Below, one piece after another: positions 47,124 through 60,177 of a stretch of DNA of 64,000 nt (position 1 is its first letter; the number at the start of each line of letters is the position of its first letter). Position numbers and translations under genes: made by a program. The notes beneath the pieces are model-generated. The model had not been told where the DNA came from and ran no database searches. It was given only the letters and a program-made list of their open reading frames with translations. The DNA is taken from positions 373,981-437,980 of the forward strand of contig BCKZ01000019.1 in assembly GCA_001600815.1 (NCBI GenBank), written 5' to 3'. This DNA comes from Alloascoidea hylecoeti (Eukaryota).

Positions 47124-48323
47124 ATGACAACGTCTTTTAAAAACAAAGAGAATCGTCTCCAAACGCGTACGCACTGGGGTTCTTTGAAAGAATCTACTGA
47201 AATGTCATTTAAGGCAGCGAATAATAGCACACTGGATAATCCATTTCTATTTAAAACACCTCTCCGACAACAGGACAACAATGCAAACGTACGATTCACT
47301 ACAAATAATAATAATAAAGGAATTAAACTATTCACGACAACAACCAGACCTAAAACTCCGATTGATAAAATAAAATTTCAACGCGTCGCCATAGAAGATC
47401 AAGATATGAAAACGAATACAAAAGGGGGTAATGGGCGAGGGGCCGATGAGAGGAGTTTAGTAGTTAAAAGAGATGACACAACAATCAATAACAATAGTAC
47501 TGACAAAAGCACACCCGGGTCTTCAACTAGAAGACGATCTAAGAAAAGAAGTCCAATCAAGAAAGTTAAATTCGGTGATGATTTAATTGTGGGACCTCCG
47601 TGTGATATGGATCAGGAACAAGTAATCAATTATGAAGATATGGAAATTGAATATATGCCAGTAAAAATGGAAGAAATCAAAGAAATACCGTTAGATTATG
47701 AACCGATTTCACTCGATTGGTTCTCAAATATAAAGAGAATAGATATTGATCCCGATATCAATGCAGATTATATTGAAGCGAGAGATCTGTCGTTAAAATC
47801 AGATAATGGGTTCTTTGAATTGGAGCCATTGAACACATCATCAGATGAAGAGTTTAATAATCAACGAAGACCTATAGCAAAATGTAAATCAAACATACAA
47901 CTTAAATCAAAACCTTCAATCCGAGCATTTGATTTCTCATTCCCTAAACCGCCACGATCGTTTTCAACATCAACACGTTTAAACAACCGCCCTTCAAAAG
48001 TGTTTAGTCTCGATCTTCCAAAACAAAGATTTAATAATAATAATTACCAACTTCAAAGTAGTCTTTCCAATTCACGACGATCATCAATTGATGATTCTAA
48101 TTCAAAACGATTTATGACAGAAACATTATCATCGAAGGCCAAAAAATCAATGGTACACTATCATGATACTAAAATTAACATTTCTGCTGATAGGTACAGT
48201 ACTTCACGAGTATCATCACCTAGATTTAGACATAGTTTCAGGTTGAATGATGATAAATCATCCTTTCCTAATTCTGGTGATGTTGGCTTAACAAGTGATG
48301 AACTTAATGATCTATTAATATAA
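47124..48323 (+). CDS. Securin (Pds1)-like disordered protein, putative APC/C substrate
   Basis: N-terminal KEN box (NKEN), D-box-like KTPLRQQDNN, and an EIEYMP motif typical of fungal securin separase-binding segments. Confidence 0.55.
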   Translation: MTTSFKNKENRLQTRTHWGSLKESTEMSFKAANNSTLDNPFLFKTPLRQQDNNANVRFTTNNNNKGIKLFTTTTRPKTPIDKIKFQRVAIEDQDMKTNTKGGNGRGADERSLVVKRDDTTINNNSTDKSTPGSSTRRRSKKRSPIKKVKFGDDLIVGPPCDMDQEQVINYEDMEIEYMPVKMEEIKEIPLDYEPISLDWFSNIKRIDIDPDINADYIEARDLSLKSDNGFFELEPLNTSSDEEFNNQRRPIAKCKSNIQLKSKPSIRAFDFSFPKPPRSFSTSTRLNNRPSKVFSLDLPKQRFNNNNYQLQSSLSNSRRSSIDDSNSKRFMTETLSSKAKKSMVHYHDTKINISADRYSTSRVSSPRFRHSFRLNDDKSSFPNSGDVGLTSDELNDLLI

Positions 48324-49032
48324 GAAAAGAAAGTTGATTCGTTTAGAATACACTCTTGTAATGATATAGAGAGAGCCTGATAACTTTATATTTATATTTT
48401 ATCCCACCATTCTATTCTATTAGCTAACTAATTATTTATTTATTTTCATTTTCATTTGATTTCTATTTTTGTCTATGTTTTTTTAACACACAACTTTGTT
48501 TATTACTTACAATTGTTCTAAATTATCCCTGATTTTAAATTATTGGGATTATTGGATCCTAAATTGTAAACTTCTAAGTAATTATATCTCTATTTATTAC
48601 GGCGCGTGGAATAAAATCAATCCATTTATTTCTTTCTTTGCTTCATGATTATTACTTGCAATTGCTTAATATTTTATACTGTTTCTTGTATTTGTGATGT
48701 GATATGTTTGATTTTCTGATTATCATAGTTTTTAATAGTTTTGTACCATAAGATTAATATTATGGCTTTCGGTATATATCGGGGGTCCAGGATAAATATC
48801 TACTTTTTAATTGATTATAAGCTTTTTCAAGGAACCCAGTTGACCATGTTATTGCACCCAGCAAGTGCATTTATATCAAGATTAAGATCTCTAGATCAAT
48901 GAGATAATCAAAACAGTTCCATTATCGGGGCTTTAATAGAAAAATAAATAATAGCTATATAAGAAATGAACCATACAAACCTTTTTTTTCTCAAGATCTA
49001 CTCTGAACCATCTTATAATTTTACATTTAAAA

Positions 49033-49468
49033 ACTTATATAAAGCCTCTCATCTCAATCTTTAAATTCTTATATCCAATTTTAAAAACTATTGATGGAAT
49101 GTGTGTCAAGAAATCCACATTTTAAAAATGTATAGGTATCTACACAGCTACTTGCAACAAGGATTGTGTCGTACTCCCAAACAATTATGGTTTAGTGTTA
49201 AGAAAACACTCGCGGCTCGGGAGCAGCACGACAATTATATTAGATGGGAAAACTCGAGAAGTTTCAATTCAAACTATATTTCCCGGAAGTTTCTCCTTTC
49301 ATTTTATACAGTATTAATAGGTCAGCCTACATTTCCTCTCGTACTCTACTTGGGCTCTCAAATCTAATAAGAACTTACTTATATATAATCTTCTCATCTC
49401 AATCTATTTAATTCTAAAAACATTTTATGGCAGGGCATTCGAGAAATCCGCCCTTTAAGATAAATGTG
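49033..49468. repeat. Degenerate direct repeat, ~90-bp units about 345 bp apart
   Basis: ACTTATAT..CTCATCTCAATCT..AAAAAC..ATGG..AGAAATCC at ~49033-49125 and ~49377-49460. Confidence 0.6.
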
Positions 49469-50693
49469 CAGTGTGTACAAGGAGACTTATCTCCGGGCGA
49501 AATCATACAGAAGTTCCAGAAAATATAGCCTTATAGTTTAAATTGTAAGAATTTGATTTTTGGAAGATTATCATACATTTGGAATAGTTGCATGTCAATT
49601 GTATATGGGGCTTCCTACAAGAAGGAGAGTAATGACTGCAGCTTTTGTTTTGTGAGGAGTCTAAGGACTCAATTTCCTGACAAAGCGTGCTTAAGTACAG
49701 TATCACAAGGCCACAAGTTTCATCTTATTGGCCTCAGTGAACAATATCGACACCCCTATGCCTCACTCTACCAGTACAGAAGTACTATGCATAACACATT
49801 TTATTTTTCTTCTGAGAAAACTCTAGAGAATAGCAATATTCCTTTACCACCTCTTAAAACAGCTATGGATATAGTTTTGGGAGAAGTGAAGGCCTGCATC
49901 AACAACAACCGGAAATTTCCTTTCTCCGTAACTGAGTTTATGTTTATTGAGGTCTAGATTTAATTGCGGGAATCATTCAACACAATCGGCCAAAGTTACC
50001 CTCAGTTACATATAGTCAAACTTAGTGTTTAGTAAAAACCCCAATTCATAAACTCTGGATCCGTTTTTATCTCTAAGTTTCTCGTGTTTAAAATAAGTGC
50101 GATAATTATTAGGTAGAGTAATAATATAACTGATGATGTGTATAACATTTATATACTTTTATCATTAACACTTAATTATGTGAATATTTGCTTCTAAATT
50201 TTAGTCTATATACTACATCTACACCACTGTTTCTACACTTACATGTATTTTATTTAAATCAGTATTTTAAATTGAAGGTATAATTTCTAATATATGACAC
50301 TTGCGAAAAACTATGAAAGAAAAGATGGACATGTCTAAAATAAAAAAATTACGAATACGTAATAAAATAATATTCACACATCTATCCCTGCATCGAGTCG
50401 CAGTTAAGATTAAATTTGGACCTGCTATTTAATAAACTCAAGTTCATAATTATGAAGACCGGTTCTATAGCTACAAGTTGCCTACAACCAACAATTACAA
50501 TAGTTTATATAGATGCATAAATAATTGTATATTTTGATATATGTTGGATATATATTACACTCTTAGAACAGTTCACTAAAGAGTCGATTGGCTTTTTGGC
50601 GCAACTGGGAGAACAGGCGCTTTGAACTTTAACAATATATATGTAAAATTTTAGAATAAATAATATATATGGGGTATTAGCCAGCTAATTAAA

Positions 50694-51833
50694 TTAAGCC
50701 CATTTACCAAGAACAGCCATCGTTGCAGCCCCTGCCATAACAGCTAGTAAATTCCAAGTAATTGTACTGATTTTCCTTGGTCTATGTGGATCATAAAGAA
50801 AATCATATGCAAGTAACTCAACAACACCACTATAAACAAGAATACCACCAGAAATTGCATCTAAAACACCGGTGACGACCATTGATTGGTAAGAACTTGC
50901 ATTATATTTATTTTTAAGAGAAAGACCAATTGCAAAACAAAGTGGTGTTGCCAAACCATAAATAACACAGAGAAGTATTGGTAACCATTTGGCATATTTT
51001 TTTGGCATTGGGATGGCTGATAATCTTGCACCAATACCTAAACCTTCAAATGATTGATGGAAAATAATAGCAATATAAAGAGTTTTAAACCCATTGTTTG
51101 TTACACCTAGATTAAGACCAATCATAACAGAATGAAATATAATACCAAATTCCAAGATGAGGAAAGCACCAATTTGCCTACTAAATTCAATTCTCTCGAG
51201 ATTTGTATCACTAATAGCACTAGTTTCTGTTGTAGTTGCTTCATTCTTTCCAACCAATGAGGTTTCAGCGACAGATTCTTCATCTTCAACAGGATTAAAC
51301 GTTGTTATCCCTTCATTAGCTCTTGTTGTAACCAAATCCATTGCTAAATCATCACTGTGTCCACCTTTCACACCATATTTAGTTTCAACCCAAATATTCG
51401 AATAAACATTAACAACGAAGATAAGAAACAAAGAAGAGACAATCATAGCGGCAACATATGGATACCCAGACCAATTTCCTGTTTGTCCAACACAAGATAG
51501 CCCTCCAATTTCTAAATAAGCAGGATCAATTAAATGGATAAAAGCTGTAGCAACAATAACACCGGTACCAAAAAATCTTGCCAGTAAATAAAATGTAATA
51601 GGGATCTTTAATCTTTTATAACCTCTTGCAACAACTGGAAATAGTGTGAAACATGTTGATACAAGAAACACAACGAAAACAGCAGATATTCTGCCCTTTA
51701 CATCTCCTGTGAAACTTTCATTTTCACCGTAAACACCTTGGAGAACGCAAGCCTTCCAGGCTTCATCAACAGTATCGTTTGTTAACGTAACCTCGTCTGG
51801 ATTCCACTTATTAATATATTCTTGACTAGGCAT
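50694..51833 (-). CDS. ZIP-family zinc/iron permease (Zrt1/Zrt2-like)
   Basis: ARFFGTGVIVATAFIHL, LEFGIIFHSVMIGLNL, FHQSFEGLGIGARL, GVVELLAYDF, LGKWA*. ATG at 51833. Confidence 0.95.
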   Translation of the reverse strand: MPSQEYINKWNPDEVTLTNDTVDEAWKACVLQGVYGENESFTGDVKGRISAVFVVFLVSTCFTLFPVVARGYKRLKIPITFYLLARFFGTGVIVATAFIHLIDPAYLEIGGLSCVGQTGNWSGYPYVAAMIVSSLFLIFVVNVYSNIWVETKYGVKGGHSDDLAMDLVTTRANEGITTFNPVEDEESVAETSLVGKNEATTTETSAISDTNLERIEFSRQIGAFLILEFGIIFHSVMIGLNLGVTNNGFKTLYIAIIFHQSFEGLGIGARLSAIPMPKKYAKWLPILLCVIYGLATPLCFAIGLSLKNKYNASSYQSMVVTGVLDAISGGILVYSGVVELLAYDFLYDPHRPRKISTITWNLLAVMAGAATMAVLGKWA

Positions 51834-53644
51834 AATTGATAAAAACCTATGAATTTGGGATTGAAATAACAAGTAAGGAGAAGCTTTCTATTTAAATATT
51901 CTTTTTTTTTTTCATTGCTATAGCTATATTTACTTGTCTGCTACTATTTTTTTCCATTAATATATTGCTAGATTACTATGAAAGGGAAAGAGCCTGCACC
52001 AACATATGCGCCAAGATTTGGTAATAATACTTTTCTTTCATACCATGGATGTAAACGAGGTTGTACCGCGACTGGTACCAATTAATATGTATCCTCCACA
52101 ATGCTACAAAGAGATACACTTATATATTTAGAGCTTAATAATCGTTAATGAGCAACTTCAAACTTGAGTCCTACTTCACAAATTCACAATTATAATTAAT
52201 GGCATTTATTGGCGGTTGAATTCTTCTTTTATAATATAGTTGTACAGGATTAGTTCATTGTGAAAGGTTTAATTGACATCGCTTACAGGGATTGATTTAA
52301 TCAGATTCATCAAATGCATATATCTTTCATTGAAAAGTTATCTGTATCGTAACATTTAAGCTTGCAGCATAGGAACTACGAAAAGTATAGATTACTTGCA
52401 TTGACATCCAAGCTTACCTGTGAATCGACATCTACATTTAACTTATAATTATAAGTTATAACTATGTAACAATTGCAAGATTAGGCTTGATTATATCGAC
52501 TGGGGTTGAAGTAGGAAGTTTTATCAAACGTGAGTTCTATCCCACACAAAACATATATTACACTGCCCAGATCTAAACATGTAAGGGTACAAAGCAAGGA
52601 GACCCTATAAAGTCTGGCATTATAATACACCTCAGGTCCTGATACTAGATACCCGGCCTTAAAGTTAAAGTATTTCTCCTTCTAATAAACCAATAAAACT
52701 GCTCTTCCCTTACATCTTAACCTTAGGCTTCTCCTATTAATTAGAAGTATAGACATGTCAGTATTCTCAATTTCTCATCTATAAGCTAATGTATATCGAA
52801 CAATGAAATTACAGATCTAAAAATGAATATTTTTTATAGTTATAGAATCAATGGACAATAATTTCAACTTATAGCCCTATAATTATTAATAAGTCTTATT
52901 AGTTATATCAAGTTATACGTAACGTAGATATATAAAACAATTACAACTGCAATTTGCTAACATCAAAGTTTTAGCTTAACCTTCTCGGTCTTTTGCCAGT
53001 CACAGTAATTATCATCAAAGAATTTCAGAGCTTAAATAAGATTTTTTATTTTTAATATATTTATCATAATTACTATCACAATGGTGAATCATTCGAAAAT
53101 AGGAATATACCGAATTCTATAAGATACCTAGCTAGATAAAGTTTGACATTTTATTATTATAACTAACGATTGATACTTGAGCAATTTCTTTTTTAATGTC
53201 TTATTATAATTCGAAAATTATCACCTGAAAACTAAAGTTGTTTTGTTATAGCTTAAAAAAAACCCCGTTATTAAAAAGATTCTAGATCATTATTTTCCGG
53301 AGTTTTCAGACATTATTTCTTCCGGGCCATAAAGGCTTTCGATGCACCACTATTTTTCATAGTTAACAAGCTTATCGTTATGGATCACCTGTATAACCAA
53401 TAAGAAGTCAGTCTTTGTCTTTGAGTGCGTTACACAAAACGAAAACCACCTCCGCATTTATGCTGAAGCGTCTAAGTTTGAAAAGTTTACATATCACCTT
53501 ATTTAAATCTTGATTTCTGTCCACTTGAAAGATATGAAATAGGGGAGGTTCAAGCATATATTTCAAAAGTATCGTTTTTGTTACCTTCATCTTCAGAAAA
53601 TATTGCTTACTTTTCTGAAGCTATAAAAAAAGAGAAAAGAAAAA

Positions 53645-55141
53645 ATGGGTCGTGGTGGTCAGATTATCCTAAATGATGCCATAAATTATTATTCAAATAT
53701 ATTTTCAACAAAGACTCATTTAAACCGAGGAGTTCGACAATTTAGTTCTTGTATTGCTTTAAACAATGGCTCATCTTCCTCGCTTTCTCCATCTCCATTA
53801 TTACTTGATAGTTTTTTCAATGCAAATCTAAATGATAATTCAATCTGGAGAATTAAACTGCCAATAGGCTTTACTTCGAATCTTATGATTCTAAGGACAA
53901 ACCGACCTTTAACATCAGAAACTCCAAATAGAAACCAAAGGATATCTGATGATGATAATGAAATCTCTTCTTGTATAATGAAAAATCCAACTGCGTTTAG
54001 TACTGTTGCTGCTAATGCTATATCTTGCCGAGACCCAATTGATAAATCAATTACTGCTGCTCTCAATATTCCCATGAACAATAACAATCAAAATGTAAAC
54101 TGTTCCCATATACCATTTGCAATCACACCTAAAGATAAAAGTTCAGAACCTTCACAACTAAAAGCATCTACTTCCCCAAAGAAGAAAACTTTATCTCAAA
54201 TAGCTAGCCCATATATTGTACTTATGAAACCAAATCTTACAACATTGGTTGTTTTATCAGCAATGTCATCTTATGCCCTATCACCTAATGCCGCCACAAT
54301 TACACAACTTATTTCTCTCACTGCTGGTACCGCTTTGGCTTCTGGTAGTGCAAATGCTATCAATATGGGTAGAGAACCCAAATTTGATGCTCAAATGACA
54401 AGAACAAAGGCAAGACCTGTCGTGCGAGGAATAGTTACGCCATCAAATGCATACACATTCGCAGCAATTTCTGGTACATTAGGTATATCAATATTATATG
54501 TAGGAGTTAATCCAACAGTTGCAATATTGGGTGGATTAAACATTGTTTTATATAGTTGGATTTATACATCATTAAAAAGAAAATCAATTATAAATACCTG
54601 GGTTGGTGCAATTGTTGGTGCTATACCTCCATTAATGGGTTGGGCAGCATCAAATTCATTGTTATTACCTGCTGCTTGGATGCTACCATTACTTTTATAT
54701 GCCTGGCAATTTCCTCATTTCAATGCCTTATCTCATAATATAAGAAATGAATATAATAATGCTGGCTATGTCATGACTGCTTATACAAATCCACAATTAA
54801 ATGCAAGAGTTGCTTTGAGGTATTCATTAGCAATGTTCCCAATCTGTTTTGGTTTATCTTATTTTGGTGTCACTGATTGGATATTCCCATTTGATAGTGG
54901 TCTATTGAATTTATGGTTAAGTTATTGGGCCTACAAATTTTGGAAACAACAAAAAATTAATTATAAATTAGGAAATAACGGAGGAACATCTCAAGGGAAG
55001 CAATTAGCAAATGTTTATGCAAGAAAAATGTTTTGGGGTAGTATTTGGCATTTACCAGGAGTAATGGTTCTTGCAATGTTACATAAGAGTGGACTATGGG
55101 ATAGAATACTTGGACTAAATAAAGAAGAAGAACAATTTTAA
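53645..55141 (+). CDS. COX10: Protoheme IX farnesyltransferase (heme O synthase)
   Basis: LMKPNLT, NAINMGREPKFDAQMTRTKARP, NTWVGAIVGAIPPLMGW, WQFPHFNALS. Confidence 0.96.
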   Translation: MGRGGQIILNDAINYYSNIFSTKTHLNRGVRQFSSCIALNNGSSSSLSPSPLLLDSFFNANLNDNSIWRIKLPIGFTSNLMILRTNRPLTSETPNRNQRISDDDNEISSCIMKNPTAFSTVAANAISCRDPIDKSITAALNIPMNNNNQNVNCSHIPFAITPKDKSSEPSQLKASTSPKKKTLSQIASPYIVLMKPNLTTLVVLSAMSSYALSPNAATITQLISLTAGTALASGSANAINMGREPKFDAQMTRTKARPVVRGIVTPSNAYTFAAISGTLGISILYVGVNPTVAILGGLNIVLYSWIYTSLKRKSIINTWVGAIVGAIPPLMGWAASNSLLLPAAWMLPLLLYAWQFPHFNALSHNIRNEYNNAGYVMTAYTNPQLNARVALRYSLAMFPICFGLSYFGVTDWIFPFDSGLLNLWLSYWAYKFWKQQKINYKLGNNGGTSQGKQLANVYARKMFWGSIWHLPGVMVLAMLHKSGLWDRILGLNKEEEQF

Positions 55142-55243
55142 AGTAAAAGAGATATTACAAGAATGCCATTTGTTATAATACTGTATATAAACTTTACTTA
55201 AAAGAAGGCTTTCGAACTTCCTTCTTAATAAATCGATAGTTAG

Positions 55244-56350
55244 TTATAACTTAGTATACTGTACAACTTCATCAATTTTTGACTTATGAATATGTAAAGC
55301 TGGATTAACCCAGATTCCACAACTACATCTTGAGCCTTGCCAACTGTATCCCCCGATTTTTGTAGAGCATTTTGAGCAATTAAATTTTCCATCCAGTTGA
55401 CCTTTACTAAGTTCATCTTTCATCCAAATAATAGGTTCTAGGAAATAATGAGTACATTGAGCATTAGGGTCGACTTCTTCCACTCTGGAAACCATTCTTT
55501 TAAATCCTGGAGTATGACGAACAAATTTAGACTGTTTTGTGCCTTCAGCAGGAGGAGTATGAGGTATAAAACTCTTAGTTGTAGCAATAATGTTTCTACA
55601 TTTCTTACACCTAGCTTCAACAAATTTCTTTTTAGTGTCATTATTAGATTTTGAGACTGATTGTGATTGTGACCGTGGTTTAATAAATTGTCCTGTGACA
55701 AGATCAGTTTCTGTTGGTACAGTGGGCTGAAAATCTACCTTTTTCAAGAAATCTAGATCATTTGAATCCTTTTTAAATATTAACCTTTTAAGTAGCCATT
55801 GACGATATATTAGATTGGCTGGCGATGCATCATAGCCAGTTTTTTCGTATATTTCTAGTTGTTCCAAAAATGATGGGTTAGGACCAGCTACTGGCCTTCT
55901 TTTCTTTATCACAGAAACTGCCTGGTCGGCTGTTAATTTATATTTCCACATTAAATAAGCAGCAGTGATTGTAACTGATCTTGAAACTCCAGCTATACAA
56001 TGAATTAAAATAGCACCTCGATGGGCGGTTGATTTTTTATCCGAATCAGCATTTTTTTGAGTTTCAAGATTTGAACCCCCCGATATTATTTGATCATCAT
56101 TAACAGCAGGATATAAAGCACTTTCTATAAATTCATTCGTTTCTGTGAAATATTGTATTAAATTTGTTGATTCCTCATCCAATTCATCAATATGTTTCCA
56201 AGTATAACTTTCAATTTCAGCATTTATAGGCATATCACCATTCATTATTGATAAAATATGAGTAATGTTATTTGATTTCTTTAATCTACTACCAGAAAGT
56301 AATAAAGCATTTAAAGAACCAACATATATTCCACCGATTATTCTATCCAT
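55244..56350 (-). CDS. YVH1: Dual-specificity phosphatase Yvh1
   Basis: IHCIAGVSRS active site plus the C-terminal zinc domain (RCKKCR..H..CTHYF..CSKC..WQGSRCSCG.W). Confidence 0.95.
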   Translation of the reverse strand: MDRIIGGIYVGSLNALLLSGSRLKKSNNITHILSIMNGDMPINAEIESYTWKHIDELDEESTNLIQYFTETNEFIESALYPAVNDDQIISGGSNLETQKNADSDKKSTAHRGAILIHCIAGVSRSVTITAAYLMWKYKLTADQAVSVIKKRRPVAGPNPSFLEQLEIYEKTGYDASPANLIYRQWLLKRLIFKKDSNDLDFLKKVDFQPTVPTETDLVTGQFIKPRSQSQSVSKSNNDTKKKFVEARCKKCRNIIATTKSFIPHTPPAEGTKQSKFVRHTPGFKRMVSRVEEVDPNAQCTHYFLEPIIWMKDELSKGQLDGKFNCSKCSTKIGGYSWQGSRCSCGIWVNPALHIHKSKIDEVVQYTKL

Positions 56351-56432
56351 CTTTTTTTTTAAAAAAACAGTGAATAATTTATTGATCCTTCAATAAATAA
56401 ATTCTTCGATATTACTGTATATGACGAAAAGC

Positions 56433-56460
56433 CCGGGTAATTACCTCCAAATCCGGGTAA
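56433..56460. promoter_or_regulatory. Two tandem Reb1-type sites in the YVH1/CDC60 divergent promoter
   Basis: CCGGGTAA at 56433-56440 and 56453-56460, exactly 20 bp apart. Confidence 0.65.
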
Positions 56461-56607
56461 TTTCACGGTTTTTCATATCGATTTTCAATTTTTTTTGTGA
56501 GTCACTTCGATTTTACTATATTTCCGATTCTAATACGTTTGTTGTTTGGTTTGACCTTATTTTTATATTATCTTTAATTATTTGATTCAACCTTATTTTG
56601 TGTGAAG

Positions 56608-59600
56608 ATGGTTGAAGCAACGACTGCAAAAGGTATCCAATTCGAGAATGTAAGTTCCTTGCAATTGATGATCTTTGTCATTCAAGATCTGATTCAATTC
56701 TAACTAACTTTCGCTTCGCCTTTTCTATTCTTATTATTAATTTAAATTTAATATAGACTTCAAGACGTGATGCTTTAATTGAAATCGAAAAACGTTATCA
56801 AAAAGTTTGGGCTGATGAAAAAATCTTTGAGCTTGATGCACCAAGAGATTCAACCCTCTCACCAAATGAACTTCGTGAAAAATATCCAAAGCACTTTGGC
56901 ACAATGGCTTATCCATACATGAATGGTGTCTTACATGCTGGTCATTGCTTTACTTTATCAAAAGTTGAATTCATCACTGGGTTTGAAAGAATGAGAGGTA
57001 AAAATGCCTTATTCCCTCTTGGGTTCCATTGTACTGGTATGCCAATCAAAGCTTGTGCTGATAAATTGGTCCGTGAAATTGAACAGTTTGGGGAGAATTT
57101 TGAGAATGTTCCAAAAGAAGATGAAACTGAAGTTGCAGAACCTGCTAAACCAAAGGCAAAAAGAGAAGATATTTCTAAATTTACTGCTAAAAAAAGTAAA
57201 GCTGTTGCCAAAGCAGGAAGATCAAAATATCAACATGAAATTATGTTACAGTTAGGTATTCCCCGTGAAGAAGTTAAAAGATTTGCTGAAGCTGAATATT
57301 GGCTAAGATATTTCCCTGGTCTTTGTGAAAAAGATTGTACAAGTTTTGGTGCTCGTATTGATTGGCGTCGTAGTTTTATTACTACCGATGTTAATCCATA
57401 TTATAATCGTTTTGTTGAATGGCAAATGAATAGACTTCGTGAATTGGGTAAAATCAAATTCGGTGAAAGATATACAATTTATTCAGCAAAAGATGGTCAA
57501 CCATGTATGGATCATGATCGTCAATCTGGTGAAGCTGTTGTTCCCCAAGAATATGTAAACATTAAAATTGAGGTTTTGAAATTTACAGAAAGTGCTGAAA
57601 ATGTTCTATCAAATGCTAAATTTACTCAGGAAGGTAAAAAATTCTACTTAGTCGCTTCTACTTTACGTCCTGAAACCATGTATGGACAAGTATGTTGTTT
57701 TGTTAGTCCCAAGATCACATATGGTATATTTGATGCTGGTAATGATAGTTACTACATTTGTACAGAGAGGGCCTTTAAGAATATGTCTTTCCAAAAATTA
57801 ACACCAAAACGTGGTTACTATAAGCCTGTTGTTGAAATCAAAGGTAGTGAGTTAATTGGTTCTGAAATTCATCCTCCTCTTTCAGTTTATCCAAAAGTTT
57901 ATGTTCTTCCCATGGAAACGGTTCTCGCTTCGAAAGGTACTGGTGTTGTCACTTGTGTTCCAAGTGATTCACCAGATGATTACATCACTATGAAAGAATT
58001 AGCGCATAAACCCGAATATTACAATATTAAGAAAGAATGGACGGATTTTGAAATTGTTCCGGTTCTTAAAACACCAACCTATGGTGATGTCACTGCTAAA
58101 ACTTTAGTTGAAAAATTTAAGATTAGATCTCCCCGTGATAAGGATTTGTTAGCACAAGCCAAGGAGATCGCTTATAAGGAAGGCTTTTATCAAGGTGTTG
58201 TAGTTATTGGACCATATAAGGGGTCTAAAGTTGAAGATGCCAAGGCCAAAGTTAAGAAAGATCTAGTTGATAGTGGCGCAGCATTCATTTATAATGAACC
58301 TGAATCATTAGTTATCTCACGTTCTGGTGATGAATGTGTTGTCTCTCTTGAAGATCAATGGTATTTAGATTACGGTGAGGAAACATGGAGAGCACAAGTT
58401 GAAGAATGTCTTTCTGACTTAAATACCTTCTCCCCAGAAACACGTAATGGTTTCGAAGGTGTTTTAGGATGGTTGAAAAATTGGGCTTTATCTAGATCTT
58501 ATGGTCTTGGAACTAAAATCCCATGGGATCCTAAGTATTTGGTTGAAAGTTTATCTGATTCAACGATTTATATGGCTTATTATACTGTTTGCCATTTTTT
58601 GCATAAGGATTATTATGGCGCAGAGACTGGTTCTTTAGGTATAAAACCCGAAGAAATGACTGATGAAGTTTGGGATTACATTTTTACAAGAAGAGATGAT
58701 ATTACAAATAGTCCAATTTCAAAGGAAAAACTTGACATTATGAGAAATGAATTTGAATATTTTTATCCATTAGACGTTAGAGTTTCCGGTAAAGATTTGA
58801 TTCCAAATCATTTAACATTCTTTATGTATATTCATACAGCAATTTTCCCAAAACAATATTGGCCAAAGGGTATTAGAGCAAATGGTCATTTACTTTTAAA
58901 CAACGAAAAGATGTCAAAAAGTACTGGCAATTTCTATACTTTAAAACAGATTGTTGAAAAGTTTGGTGCTGATGCTGCTAGAATTGCACTCGCCGATGCT
59001 GGTGATTCATTTGAGGATGCCAATTTCGATGAAAGTAATGCGAATGCTGCAATTTTGCGTTTAACTACTTTAAAAACATGGAGCGAAGAAATAATCCAAA
59101 ACATTGACTCTTACAGAAGTGGTCCTTTAGAAAGTTTCTTAGATCGTTCTTTTGATAATGAAATGAATCAAATCATTGAGAAAGCTTATAAAGAATATGA
59201 TGAAACAAATTTTAAAGCTGCTCTAAAATATGGCTTATTTGATTTCCAAACTTCAAGAGATTATTACAGAGATTCAACTTCTGATTCTCTTGGAATGCAT
59301 AAAGATTTAATTTTAAAATATATTAAAACCCAAGCCTTGTTAATTGCACCAGTTGCACCACATTTTGCTGAATATATTTATAGAGATGTTTTAAAAAATA
59401 AGGAAAGCATTCATAATGCTAAATTTCCTAGAGCTGAAACTCCTGTTGATAAATCACTTGAGGCAGCTCTTGAATATGTTAGAGATCTACAACGTTCAAT
59501 TCGTGAAGCTGAAGGATTATCTGAAAAGAAGCAAAAGAAAGGACATGGTATTCAACTTGATACTACAAAACCGGTCGAATTAACAATCTTCATTTCTCCC

Positions 59601-60014
59601 TCTTTTCCAGTTTGGCAAGATGAATATATTGAACTTGTTAGAGGATCATTTGATAAGTTATCATTAACATTTGATAAAGATTTACCAAAAAAAGTATCAA
59701 AATTAGGTGATATGAGACGTGGTATGCCATTCGTTAACTTTTTAAAACAAAGACTTCAAAAAGAATCTCCAGAAGTGGTTTTTAATAGAAAACTTATTTT
59801 CAATGAAATTGATACAATCAAACAAGTATTACCATTACTTAAGCGAAGTCCTCCAAAATCAACAGTAGAAAAATTAAGTGTTTATGCATTGAAAAGTGAT
59901 AATCAGGTTGCTGTTGATATTATTAGTGGTGAAGAAATTGAAGTGACCGCCCCTGCTAAAACGATTGAGGGTGCTGTTCCAGGAAATCCAGCCGTTTTAT
60001 TGAAGAATATATAA
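56608..60014 (+). CDS. CDC60: Cytosolic leucyl-tRNA synthetase, 2 exons
   Basis: Exon 1 56608-56649; intron 56650-56756 (GTAAGT..AACTAAC..TAG). The junction gives ENTSRRDALIEIEKRYQKVW; YPYMNGVLHAGH (HIGH) and KMSKS motifs present. Confidence 0.97.
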
Positions 60015-60177
60015 GATCGTAAATACACTATAATATGTTCATTTATTGTTCACTTGGGTTTATTAAACATAGAAGGATTAAAGTGGATATATCTGGATCT
60101 ATCTAGCTATAATCATAACATAAATGTATATATCGATATTCATATATAATAATAATCATATACATTTTACTATTGGA

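Noticed and set aside
51834..53644. Zap1 zinc-responsive element upstream of the ZIP transporter
   Set aside because: No convincing ACCTTNAAGGT match; only partial strings such as ACCTCAGGT.
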